Source of the DNA: Rubripirellula sp.
GTDB taxonomy: Bacteria; Planctomycetota; Planctomycetia; Pirellulales; Pirellulaceae
NCBI GenBank assembly: GCA_965216875.1
Contig: OZ244207.1
Location: 2,848,001-2,912,000, forward strand
DNA: 64,000 nucleotides
Reading direction: 5' to 3'
The notes beneath the pieces were generated by a model, which was not told where the DNA came from, searched no databases, and saw only the letters and a program-made list of their open reading frames with translations. Position 1 is the stretch's first letter, and every line of letters begins with the position of its first letter. Of the stretch, positions 41,582 through 50,509 are shown in pieces. Position numbers and translations under genes: made by a program.

Positions 41582-42808
41582 ATGCTTCGCGACTACATCG
41601 AGTTGCCTCTTACTGTTCGCATTCTCTGCCTCGGTTCATTGATCAACCGAGCAGGTTCTTTCGTTCTGATCTTTTTGACGATCTACGCCAGCGAACAGCT
41701 CGGTTTGGGGATCAGCTTCGCCACCGCTTGCATGGGCGTGCTCGGCGCCGGCTCCATGGCGGGTGCCCTTCTCGGCGGACAATTGGCTGACCAAATCGGG
41801 CGCCGCGCCGTGATGCTCATTGCCCTTTTTGGGGGCGCTGCGTTACTGACCATCATCAGTACGATCGAAAACCGTTGGGCCTTCATGGCGCTGGTTGGAC
41901 TGTTTGCGTTCGTCAGTGACATGTACCGCCCCGCGGCATCCGCGATGATTGCCGACGTCTCCCCACCAGACAAACGGCCACATGCGTTTGCTCTGATGTA
42001 CATCTCGATCAACCTTGGCTTTGCCATTGCGCCTCCCGTGGGCGGGTTCTTAGCTGGCCACTCGTTTCAATGGTTGTTTTGGGGCGATGCTGCAACGATG
42101 TCGCTTTACGGTTTGATCATCATTGCGATGGTGCGTGAGACGTTGCCGGGCAAACAAGTCGACGACCAAAACGATCCAACCGAGTCGATCGTGCCGACCA
42201 TCGATGCGATCCCGTTTCGACAAGCGGCGCGCCGCATCATGCACGACGCTCCATTCCTGTTGTTCTGCTTGTCCAGTTTGCTGATGGCGCTGGTGTTCAT
42301 GCAAGGAATGTCGACGCTCCCGATACACATTCGCTCGATTGGCTTGTCAAATGTCCAATTCGGTCTATTGATGTCGGTCAACGGAATCCTGATCTTCCTG
42401 TTCCAGTTGCCGATGACGCATTGGTTGAGCCGTTTTAACGCAATGCGCGTCGTGGTCATTGGAGGACTCTTGATCTCGATCGGCTTCGGGCTGAACGCCT
42501 TCCACGGCGGGATTGGGTTCATCGCATTGACGATCAGCATTTGGACTCTCGGTGAGATCATGCAGGCACCGTTCAAGCAAGCGATCGTGACAAACATGGC
42601 CCCGGAGGACCTCCGTGCGAGATACCTCGGGCTGTTCAGCATGTGCTACGCTTCCGCGTTGACGATTGGTGCTCCGATTGGCGGCGAAGTCCTCGCCAGG
42701 TTCGGTCCGGAAGCACTTTGGAGTTGCACGTTCGCAGTGGCGATGGTCGCGGTGACCGTTTACCTGATCATCTACCGTCCGGTAACGCGTCGCGCTCAGC
42801 CAGCCTGA
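41582..42808 (+). CDS. MFS transporter (DHA1/MdtH-like)
   Basis: GGQLADQIGRR motif A; INLGFAIAPPVGG; about 12 TM. Confidence 0.92.
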   Translation: MLRDYIELPLTVRILCLGSLINRAGSFVLIFLTIYASEQLGLGISFATACMGVLGAGSMAGALLGGQLADQIGRRAVMLIALFGGAALLTIISTIENRWAFMALVGLFAFVSDMYRPAASAMIADVSPPDKRPHAFALMYISINLGFAIAPPVGGFLAGHSFQWLFWGDAATMSLYGLIIIAMVRETLPGKQVDDQNDPTESIVPTIDAIPFRQAARRIMHDAPFLLFCLSSLLMALVFMQGMSTLPIHIRSIGLSNVQFGLLMSVNGILIFLFQLPMTHWLSRFNAMRVVVIGGLLISIGFGLNAFHGGIGFIALTISIWTLGEIMQAPFKQAIVTNMAPEDLRARYLGLFSMCYASALTIGAPIGGEVLARFGPEALWSCTFAVAMVAVTVYLIIYRPVTRRAQPA

Positions 42809-42819
42809 CAGGCGTTCTT

Positions 42820-42931
42820 ACACTCTCCCTTGGGAGAGTCGGGCTCTAAGGCCCGGAGAGGGTTTGTTTTAAAAGGATCATTCCCTCCCCGGACTTTGCG
42901 TCCGACCCTCCCGCAAGCGGGAGGGTGATTG
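42820..42931. repeat. Composite multi-hairpin REP/MITE-like element, family C, copy 1
   Basis: ACTCTCCC-TT-GGGAGAGT, CGGGC..GCCCG, CGGAC..GTCCG and ACCCTCCCGC-AA-GCGGGAGGGT; near-identical copy at 59103. Confidence 0.9.
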
Positions 42932-43010
42932 TTGGTACGAAGGCACTTCACATCGTGGCGCCGTAACTCCAATCCGCGACGGCGAGCGTCTTGCCACTCA
43001 CGGTGACACA

Positions 43011-43036
43011 TTCCACCTCGAGGCGGGACTACAAAC
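43011..43036. repeat. GTAG-type REP half (degenerate), family D
   Basis: TTCCACCTCGAGGCGGGACTACAAAC matches TTCCGGCTGAAGCCGGTACTACAAAC at 44481-44506. Confidence 0.65.
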
Positions 43037-43087
43037 GCTGCTAGCACTTTTGTCGCATTGCGCCGGTAGATCCATTACGATCTTGCC

Positions 43088-44413
43088 ATGAATTCAAGGT
43101 CGCCATTCCTATTCGTCGCACTCCTTCTCGCCTTCGTTGGTTGCAACGACAACACGCGCGATCACGCTTCATTCCCGCGCCGCCCCATCAAGGTCGTTGT
43201 GCCTTTTTCGGCCGGTGGCGGTAGCGACACCTTTGGTCGAATTGTTCAATCAGCGATCGAAAAACACGACTTGCTTCCGCAACCGATCGTCATGATCAAT
43301 GTTCCGGGCGCAGGCGGAACGATTGGAAGTCGCCGAGTCAAAGAGGCGGTCGCCGACGGCTACACGATTCTGTTGCTCCACGAAGGAATCTTGACCGCGA
43401 AGTTCTCGGGCCAAGCCGCCTATGGACCAGAAGCCTTTTCGTCGATTGCCGGCACCGGTCTTTCTCCACAAGTCATCGCCGTTTCCAAAGACTCCGACTA
43501 CCAAGACCTCAAACAGCTCGTCGAAAACGCCGCCAACGAACCTGATTCGATTGTCTTTTCAGCCAACATTGGCGCGCCGAGCCATTTCGCGGGACTGATG
43601 CTCGAGCAACAAAAAGCGGAAGCGAAGTTCCGCTATGTGCAAACAGGCGGTGGAGCAAAACGCTTTGCAGCGCTCCAAGGTGGTCACGTCGATGTCACTT
43701 CGTTTTCGCTCGCCGAATACACCCAGTTCAAAGCAGCCGGTATCCGCGCGCTCGCGATCCTCAGTCATCAACGCGATGCGAGCTGTCCCGAACTCGCAAC
43801 GGCATCCGAACAAGGCTTTGAAGTCGTCAGCGAGAACATGCAATTCTGGTGGGCACCTGCTGGAACGCCCGACGATCGCATCAAGACACTGGCGACGGCC
43901 ATCGAACAGGCGATGCAAACGCCCGAGGTGAAACGAAAACTAGCGGCCATGCAAATCGCACCGCGTTTTCTTGACGCCACCGCGGTCAACCAAGATATCG
44001 AAGCACGCTCGACTCGACTTTCACAGGTGTCGCTTCGATCCGACCACCAACTGCCAGACCTGCCGAGCATGGTTCTCTGGGCGACGGTTGTCCTCGGAAT
44101 CGTCTGGTTGATCCAGTCGCGGCGTCTCCCCGCAACCGCGCGGGCGACTGAGGCACAGACTGACTGGAGTACCACCTTGCTTGTGATGCTCCTGGTTGGC
44201 TTGTACGTCCTCGCCCTTCAATTCACCGGAATCGGATTTCGAATCGCAACGATCGCGTTTGTCGTCACTTGTGGACTGGCGTTTTATTCGAATCAGCCTC
44301 GGCGCCCGCAATCGTTTCGAAACGCGCTGGCAACATCCGCTGCGGTCAGCTGTGTCGTGGCACTCGGCACCCACTACCTGTTCACCGAGCTCTTGGTGAT
44401 CGACCTGCCATGA
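43088..44413 (+). CDS. Tripartite tricarboxylate transporter substrate-binding protein (TctC/Bug) fused to a TctB-like 4-TM domain
   Basis: Lipobox LAFVG-C; FPRRPIKVVVPFSAGGGSD, NVPGAGGTIG, ADGYTILL, GGHVD and APAGTP; then 4 TM with GFRIAT and LFTELLVIDLP. Confidence 0.88.
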   Translation: MNSRSPFLFVALLLAFVGCNDNTRDHASFPRRPIKVVVPFSAGGGSDTFGRIVQSAIEKHDLLPQPIVMINVPGAGGTIGSRRVKEAVADGYTILLLHEGILTAKFSGQAAYGPEAFSSIAGTGLSPQVIAVSKDSDYQDLKQLVENAANEPDSIVFSANIGAPSHFAGLMLEQQKAEAKFRYVQTGGGAKRFAALQGGHVDVTSFSLAEYTQFKAAGIRALAILSHQRDASCPELATASEQGFEVVSENMQFWWAPAGTPDDRIKTLATAIEQAMQTPEVKRKLAAMQIAPRFLDATAVNQDIEARSTRLSQVSLRSDHQLPDLPSMVLWATVVLGIVWLIQSRRLPATARATEAQTDWSTTLLVMLLVGLYVLALQFTGIGFRIATIAFVVTCGLAFYSNQPRRPQSFRNALATSAAVSCVVALGTHYLFTELLVIDLP

Positions 44414-44418
44414 TGCGT

Positions 44419-44506
44419 CCGCCGTCTTTAGGCGGAATGTGCCGGTTCGTAGTACCGCCTTTAGGCGGAATGCCTCATGATTCCGGCTGAAGCCGGTACT
44501 ACAAAC
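44419..44506. repeat. GTAG-type REP doublet (plus a degenerate third copy), family D
   Basis: GTAGTACCGCCTTTAGGCGG (44449) inverted against CCGGCTGAAGCCGGTACTAC (ends 44502); CCGTCTTTAGGCGGAATG just upstream. Confidence 0.85.
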
Positions 44507-44529
44507 GGATTGAATTCGGTAGGACGTAC

Positions 44530-45354
44530 TTAGGCAGCCTTTGGAATGCCGTGTTCTGTTCGCGTGCGGCTCATCCGCAACGTGGTGTCACGAATGTCTC
44601 GATTACGTTGCAGGTCTTCGTCGTTGACATAACCGCGTGCATGATCGAGGTGCAAACAGAGCGACTGAAAACGAATGTGCTTGCCGTGAATGCCTGCGTT
44701 CTCGAGACGCTCGCCAAGTTCACGGTCCTCGCCACCATAACGCATTCGCTCGTCAAAACCGCCCGCGCTCACGATATCGTCAGTCCAACCGGACGCGTTG
44801 TGCCCGTTCCACGTGGCGCGTGTGGTTGTTAGTCGGTTGAGGAACTCGGCGACCGCTCCGCGCGCCTTCAAACGCAAGACGCGACGACCATGCTTCATCC
44901 CTTGGCTGCTTAGCCAATTGGCCGAAAAGGCACGGCCACTTTGAATGTCGTCAACCGTGATTTGCTGCGAGATGGACATCGGCAACTTGTAGTAGCCACC
45001 CGATAGAAAACGCTCGAACCTTGCCACGCGATGATGCTGCTCAAGAAAATCAGCACGCGGGATGCAATCACCATCGGAAAAGACCATGTAGTCGCCTGCG
45101 GCCTGCAAAATCGCCTTGTTCATGATGACGCATTTGCGAAAGCCGTCGTCTTCGTGCCAAACGTGCTTGATAGCCAATCCCGTTTCGCGACGCACCGAAT
45201 CGATCATCGCGGCCGTCTCGCTTGACGAACCGTCGTCGGCAATCAAGATCTCAAAATCGCGGAACGATTGCCCGGCGTATCCCCACAACGACTTTTCTAA
45301 CCACTCGGGTGCATTGTAGGTCGAGAGCACGACGCTGATGAATTTCGGTTGCAT
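44530..45354 (-). CDS. GT2 family glycosyltransferase
   Basis: SVVLSTYN, IADDGS, HEDDGFRK, FSDGDCIP and GGFDERMRYGGED. Confidence 0.92.
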   Translation of the reverse strand: MQPKFISVVLSTYNAPEWLEKSLWGYAGQSFRDFEILIADDGSSSETAAMIDSVRRETGLAIKHVWHEDDGFRKCVIMNKAILQAAGDYMVFSDGDCIPRADFLEQHHRVARFERFLSGGYYKLPMSISQQITVDDIQSGRAFSANWLSSQGMKHGRRVLRLKARGAVAEFLNRLTTTRATWNGHNASGWTDDIVSAGGFDERMRYGGEDRELGERLENAGIHGKHIRFQSLCLHLDHARGYVNDEDLQRNRDIRDTTLRMSRTRTEHGIPKAA

Positions 45355-45398
45355 GAGACAAATCCTTTTGTCGGTCTGTCCGTTGATGCGGCCAAGGT

Positions 45399-46505
45399 TT
45401 AGGCGGCCGCCCGCTTCGGTTGACTCCAAAGCGTGTTGGCATCAAACATGTTTTGATCGTGAAAGGGCATACTGATTTGACGTGACTGGCATTCCAATTG
45501 CCCGTCGCGCAAGTCGGCCAAGAATTGTTCGCCACGAAGGTAATCGTCGTAGAACTTTGCAGCACCAAACCGCATCGTCTCGATTTGGCCAGGCGTCAAT
45601 GACTCGATTCGCTTGATCGCATTGATCAAACCAATGGCCCCTCGGAAGGTGATCGCATTGATTCCGTCGACCAACCCCGGTGTCAATCGATCGCCATACT
45701 CAATCAACGGGATCGTACCAACGCTCATTGCTTCGACCAAGTTATGGCAAACCGGTTGGCTTGAACCGGGACAGCAGACAAAAAACTGCGACTCGGCAAT
45801 CGCATCGAGCCAACGTGATGCGGCGATCGAAGCCACCCGACTGTCGGCGAGGACGATCGAACGCTCGGAAGCCACTTTGGGATCGCTGACAACACGACTC
45901 GCATAGGTTTCTTTGAGCGTCGACAGAACATCAAGGCGACTGAGCACGCCAAAGTTGCGGTGCATCTTGTCGTCGCCATATTTTGTCTTTTGGTTTCCTG
46001 CAAAGAACATGCGGAACTTGCGGCGTGAATTCCTAAGTCGTTGAAGGTTTTCGCGGGTCGCGTGCCGCAGTGTTGCCGGGTGCATCGGGTACGGCATCAC
46101 CGGCGACATCGCGACCGTGTCGCGGCCGATCAACATGCGATACCGATATTCGTTCAGTGCGGGCGCGTCATCGTCGCAAAGAACGAGTGCATTGCCCGGT
46201 AGCGGCTGATCGCTAGGAACCCATCGTGCGTACGGCGCTTCCAACATCTCGCGGCCGTGCTGCTTTCGCGCGATGCAGGCCAGCATCATCTTGTTACATC
46301 GCACGAAGAAGGGCGAACCGGCCGCCTGGCTATAAAAGGCCAGCGACGCAAAATGTCTGCCACAGTCAAACAAGAGCTTCGGTGTCTTCAGATCAAGGAC
46401 GATCGGCCTCTCACTGAACGAATGCAACGGAGTACGAGCGGTCGCCAAACGCTTGCGTGCACGCTTGATGTCGACAGGAAACCGTACCAGCGATTTGAGT
46501 TGCAT
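45399..46505 (-). CDS. Glycosyltransferase-like protein (exostosin/GT47-like C-terminus)
   Basis: MPYPMHP, FFAGN and SQFFVCCPG..CHNLVEAMSVGTIPL; adjacent to the GT2 gene. Confidence 0.7.
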   Translation of the reverse strand: MQLKSLVRFPVDIKRARKRLATARTPLHSFSERPIVLDLKTPKLLFDCGRHFASLAFYSQAAGSPFFVRCNKMMLACIARKQHGREMLEAPYARWVPSDQPLPGNALVLCDDDAPALNEYRYRMLIGRDTVAMSPVMPYPMHPATLRHATRENLQRLRNSRRKFRMFFAGNQKTKYGDDKMHRNFGVLSRLDVLSTLKETYASRVVSDPKVASERSIVLADSRVASIAASRWLDAIAESQFFVCCPGSSQPVCHNLVEAMSVGTIPLIEYGDRLTPGLVDGINAITFRGAIGLINAIKRIESLTPGQIETMRFGAAKFYDDYLRGEQFLADLRDGQLECQSRQISMPFHDQNMFDANTLWSQPKRAAA

Positions 46506-46822
46506 GGGAAAGGAAGGCAACCGAGCGAAGGGGAGGGTAAACAGGCGGATATTCCTGCAAACGCCCAATTGATGTCAACCTCAACCCGCATGGCCCGGTC
46601 GCGTCAGTAGCGGCGAGCGTTTCCGTTCCAGATGTAAGGGTCGTTCCGATCAGGCTAATGCTAGCACCTGAGGAAGATCGCAATGTTTTGCTGATTTCGT
46701 TTGCGTGCAACTAACTGAGGTCAATACTTCTCTAGCGATTTGCGCAATCCGTGCAGGTCGCCTGTCACGGGGTGTCGGCCGAGTGCATATCGGCTGACTC
46801 AATACATTCAAAGGGACTTCCG

Positions 46823-47392
46823 ATGAAGACGCTGCGTTTCACCTTTGCGGCATTGGCAACGATTTTTGCTCTCGAGTTTGCTTCGACTGCCAGTGCATTC
46901 ATGCCAACCGATGAATCGGTTCCGGCGGAAGGTGTCGAAACCGACCTGCAAAAGATGGTCAAAGCGTTTCAAGAAGAAATCGACGCAGGCGAAACGAGCT
47001 GTGAAGACATGCTCGCCAAGCTCGACAAGGCGATCGATGACATCGACCTGAAACTCGATGCGGGTGCGGAAAACGAGGAAGAACTGCTTGTTGTTCGCGA
47101 CCAAATCTCGAAGATGCGGTACAACCTCAACTGTTTCGCTCAAACGCTCACACAATCCGTCTCTGGCGGTTTGGGTAACCTGGGCGCAGCCGGTGGCGGC
47201 GGTGCAGGTGGCGGCGTTCTTGGCGGACCTGTCTCCAATGTCGGCAGCCTGTCGGGACAGATCGGTGGCACGGCCGTCGGTGGCAGCGCCCTGAGCGGAC
47301 TCGTTCCACTCGGAGTCATCGCGGGCGTTGCAATCCCAGCCGCAACAAGCAGCAGCAGCAACCCAGGCACACCCGCTTCGCCATCGAACTAG
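46823..47392 (+). CDS. Secreted protein: helical acidic domain plus Gly/Ser-rich tail with a hydrophobic segment
   Basis: Signal peptide ..STASA; AAGGGA RBS; two Cys; GGGG-rich tail, LVPLGVIAGVAIPAA, SSSSNPGTPASPSN. Confidence 0.8.
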   Translation: MKTLRFTFAALATIFALEFASTASAFMPTDESVPAEGVETDLQKMVKAFQEEIDAGETSCEDMLAKLDKAIDDIDLKLDAGAENEEELLVVRDQISKMRYNLNCFAQTLTQSVSGGLGNLGAAGGGGAGGGVLGGPVSNVGSLSGQIGGTAVGGSALSGLVPLGVIAGVAIPAATSSSSNPGTPASPSN

Positions 47393-47434
47393 ATGCGATG
47401 GAGCGGCCTTTGGCTCCTATGCTGTGATTTCTTG

Positions 47435-47502
47435 AATGTCGCCTTTCGCTCCGCGAAAGCAGCGTCGACAAGCGCAACTTTTGCGGAGCAAAAGGCGACT
47501 AT
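47435..47502. repeat. REP-like inverted doublet, family B
   Basis: ATGTCGCCTTTCGCTCCGCGAAAG..CTTTTGCGGAGCAAAAGGCGACTAT. Confidence 0.85.
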
Positions 47503-47644
47503 GCAATGAGCCGAACGCGCTAGAAACCACCTTCTGTCGAAGGTAACGCCGAGCCCTCAGCACCGACGAAGTCAACATAGGCTTGGCGACGACTTTTTCG
47601 TAAAACAGTGCGTTTGACGGATCATTCTTCGCACTTTGGTGGCA

Positions 47645-50257
47645 ATGGTGGAACCATTCGCAGCACAACAGCCGGCAGTCACGCGACCAGAACAGCTCGC
47701 TGGGAGTCTGGCGCGCGCGTTGACACTCTTTGCGTTGGTTTACGCAACCTGGCATTTTGGGGCCGCTCACGCGACGGCGCTGAAACACCTCTCGGCAATG
47801 CTCGCCGTCAGCGGAGTGCTGACCATCTTCGCGCGACGATCGCTCACCCCGACAAACTATCGACTGCCGGTAAGTCTGTTTGCGCTGTGCTTCTTGTGGC
47901 TTGGCTACGCGGCACTCCAGCACAGTGTGATCGCAGGGAAGCTGCCATGGTTCTTTCAAAGCGTTGCCGAGACACGCGCTGAGTTCGCGGATCCAGCTGT
48001 TGCGTCGCTTGGTGATGCCGCCCAACGACTTGGGCATCATTCAACGTTCGAACCAACAACGCGGGCCACGCTCATGCCCGAGGAAACCAGGCAGGCTGCC
48101 GTTCCATTCATGCTCGCAACGGTCATTGCCATCCTCGCGTCGATCCAATTTGGGTCACGCCGCTGGCGCAATGCGTTGTTGTATGTGGTCATCGCCAATG
48201 CGGCAGCGCTGTCCTTCTGGGGCATCATCCAGACTGCCGGCGGCAAGGTGATGATCCTTCCGGGGATCGAAAACACATTCGCCAATAAAACGCCGTTTGC
48301 GAGTTTTATCTACAAGAATGCGGGCGCGGCCGCGATCCTTCCCCCACTCTTCGCCTCTCTGGCCATCCTTTATTACCGACGACCGAGCGACAACGATACC
48401 AAATGGGCGCGGCGCGACTGGAGCTGGATGATGAAGCCCAGCAACCTTGCGTTGGGCTTTGTCGCCGCCTTGATCCTTGCCGGATTGGCAACCTCGCTGT
48501 CACGCGGTGCTTGGATCGCTGCACTACTTGCGCTCGCTTTGGTCGCATTGCGTTCTGGCATCAAGGTGAACAAGCCCGTTGCAATCGCCGGCGCCGCGTT
48601 GGCATCGATCGTCTTCGCCGTGATCGCTGTGACCGGTGTCGGCGGCGACGTAAAAGGACGCGCCGATCAACTCTCGGTCAGCTCCATTGCAGGTGATAGC
48701 CGCTGGTCACACTGGCAGGAAGGATTTGCAACAGCGATCGCCCATTTGCCCTCGGGCAGCGGGCTTGGAACCTATGGCTACGCGACACTGCCACATCAAA
48801 CGCAAACGCATCGAAGTTGGTTTCGCGAAGCCCACAATCAATACCTGGAAGTCCTCACCGAATCGGGAATCATTGGTTTGGCCCTGATGGCTCTACTCTT
48901 GGTTGGCTTCGCGCGCGTCGCCTGGCAATTGACCGATCGCGGCCTACGTCGCGAATCACGAGCTTGGGGGCTGCTAGGCCTGAGCCTGTTGGTTTGCGGT
49001 GCGTTTCAAAGTCTCTTTGACTTCGTGTTGGTGATCCCGGCCAACATGATGCTCTATGCAGCACTGTCCGCAACGGTGTTTGTTCTCGCCACCAAACACG
49101 GCATCCGCCTGCCGCAGCCGAAAGCAGTTCCGGAGTGGCTCGGTCGATCCGTTCCCGCCTGGGGCATCGTGGCGTTGGTCTTGGCGGGTTTCAGCTTCCA
49201 CGCCTCCTCCGACCAGGTTCAATCGGATCGGGCTCTGCGACTTGCTGACACCTCACTCCTCTCGGCACAACCCTCCGAGGAACAAGTCGCTTCACAACTT
49301 GAGATCATCAGCCAGGCGATTGCGAACCAGCCGAACAACGCTGACCTTTATGCCACACGAGCTCATTGGAGACTCGCCCATTATCGCGCACTCGTGCTCA
49401 GCGACAGTCAGGCTCAACAATCGGGAATCGGGTGGAACGAAACCAAGATCGAGAACATCTTTGCCATCCTTAGCCAACAAGACGAAGCGTCGGCCGATGA
49501 ACTACGCGCCGCACTGCTTCGATCGGCTGAGATGCGTGATCATGTTGCACTCGCTTGCGAAGATTTGCGTCGGTCGATTTCGCTCCAGCCGCTGACCCCA
49601 CAACCCCACCTTTCGGCATGCGGACTCGCCGCATTGACCGAGATGCCGATCGAGCCCTGGCTAGCCTCCTCCTCAAGGCTATCCAACAACAGCTCCATGT
49701 TGCTGTACCTCAGCGGTTGGCTGGCGTTCGTTTCCAATCATGACGAGATCGCGATCGACCAATGGCGCAAGTCACTTTCGATTGACCATTTGCACCTCGG
49801 CGACATCATGGTCCTTTCCGAGTCTCGGTTTGCCCCCATTGATATTGCCGAAAACCTCGTTCCTGCCGACCGGCCAGAGCTTTATTTAGAGCTTGTCCAG
49901 GACAACAACCAATTTCAAACGGGCCATTCGGATCCCACATTGGTTGCGACGATCAAGCATCAGATTCATCAAAGCCGATCGCTCGATCCAGGGCGTGCCT
50001 TTTCAACGCTCGCGCGGCTCGAACAATTGCTGGGCAACGATTCCGCAGCGGCTGAGCAGTGGAAATTGGCGCTCCAGCAGCGAAGTCGCGATGCCGGATA
50101 TCGCCTCGAATACTCGCGTTCGCTCCATCGCCTTGGAAAGAATGACGAAGCACTCAGGCAAGCTGTCTTGGGGCAAACCCTCAATCCGATCGACAAACGC
50201 TTCGAACGACTCGCTGCTGAGATTCGCAGCGAAATCCGAGAACAAACGCGCCGCTAA
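47645..50257 (+). CDS. O-antigen ligase/Wzy_C family membrane protein with C-terminal TPR-like region
   Basis: FASFIYKNAGAA, SLSRGAW, R..HW..G, GSGLGTY and AHNQYLEVLTESGIIG; helical TPR-like tail. Confidence 0.88.
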   Translation: MVEPFAAQQPAVTRPEQLAGSLARALTLFALVYATWHFGAAHATALKHLSAMLAVSGVLTIFARRSLTPTNYRLPVSLFALCFLWLGYAALQHSVIAGKLPWFFQSVAETRAEFADPAVASLGDAAQRLGHHSTFEPTTRATLMPEETRQAAVPFMLATVIAILASIQFGSRRWRNALLYVVIANAAALSFWGIIQTAGGKVMILPGIENTFANKTPFASFIYKNAGAAAILPPLFASLAILYYRRPSDNDTKWARRDWSWMMKPSNLALGFVAALILAGLATSLSRGAWIAALLALALVALRSGIKVNKPVAIAGAALASIVFAVIAVTGVGGDVKGRADQLSVSSIAGDSRWSHWQEGFATAIAHLPSGSGLGTYGYATLPHQTQTHRSWFREAHNQYLEVLTESGIIGLALMALLLVGFARVAWQLTDRGLRRESRAWGLLGLSLLVCGAFQSLFDFVLVIPANMMLYAALSATVFVLATKHGIRLPQPKAVPEWLGRSVPAWGIVALVLAGFSFHASSDQVQSDRALRLADTSLLSAQPSEEQVASQLEIISQAIANQPNNADLYATRAHWRLAHYRALVLSDSQAQQSGIGWNETKIENIFAILSQQDEASADELRAALLRSAEMRDHVALACEDLRRSISLQPLTPQPHLSACGLAALTEMPIEPWLASSSRLSNNSSMLLYLSGWLAFVSNHDEIAIDQWRKSLSIDHLHLGDIMVLSESRFAPIDIAENLVPADRPELYLELVQDNNQFQTGHSDPTLVATIKHQIHQSRSLDPGRAFSTLARLEQLLGNDSAAAEQWKLALQQRSRDAGYRLEYSRSLHRLGKNDEALRQAVLGQTLNPIDKRFERLAAEIRSEIREQTRR

Positions 50258-50509
50258 GTTGCGATTCGGTAGCGTCACTCTGAGCCGTTATCGCATGCCT
50301 TGACCGCGACATGCCGAATCCGTTGCACAACCGGCACGCTTGATACGATCGCGTTCTCTTCGTCTTTCGTTTTTCTTTCGCTCGCTTGAGTCGATACCAA
50401 CCTAGGTACGCACGAAATCCGTCGCACGGGTTCTCCCTGGCCTCCGGTTCCCACTGGCCGCCAGCTCCCCCTAGCCCCGACGCGTTTTTCCCAATCCTAG
50501 GTTCACACA

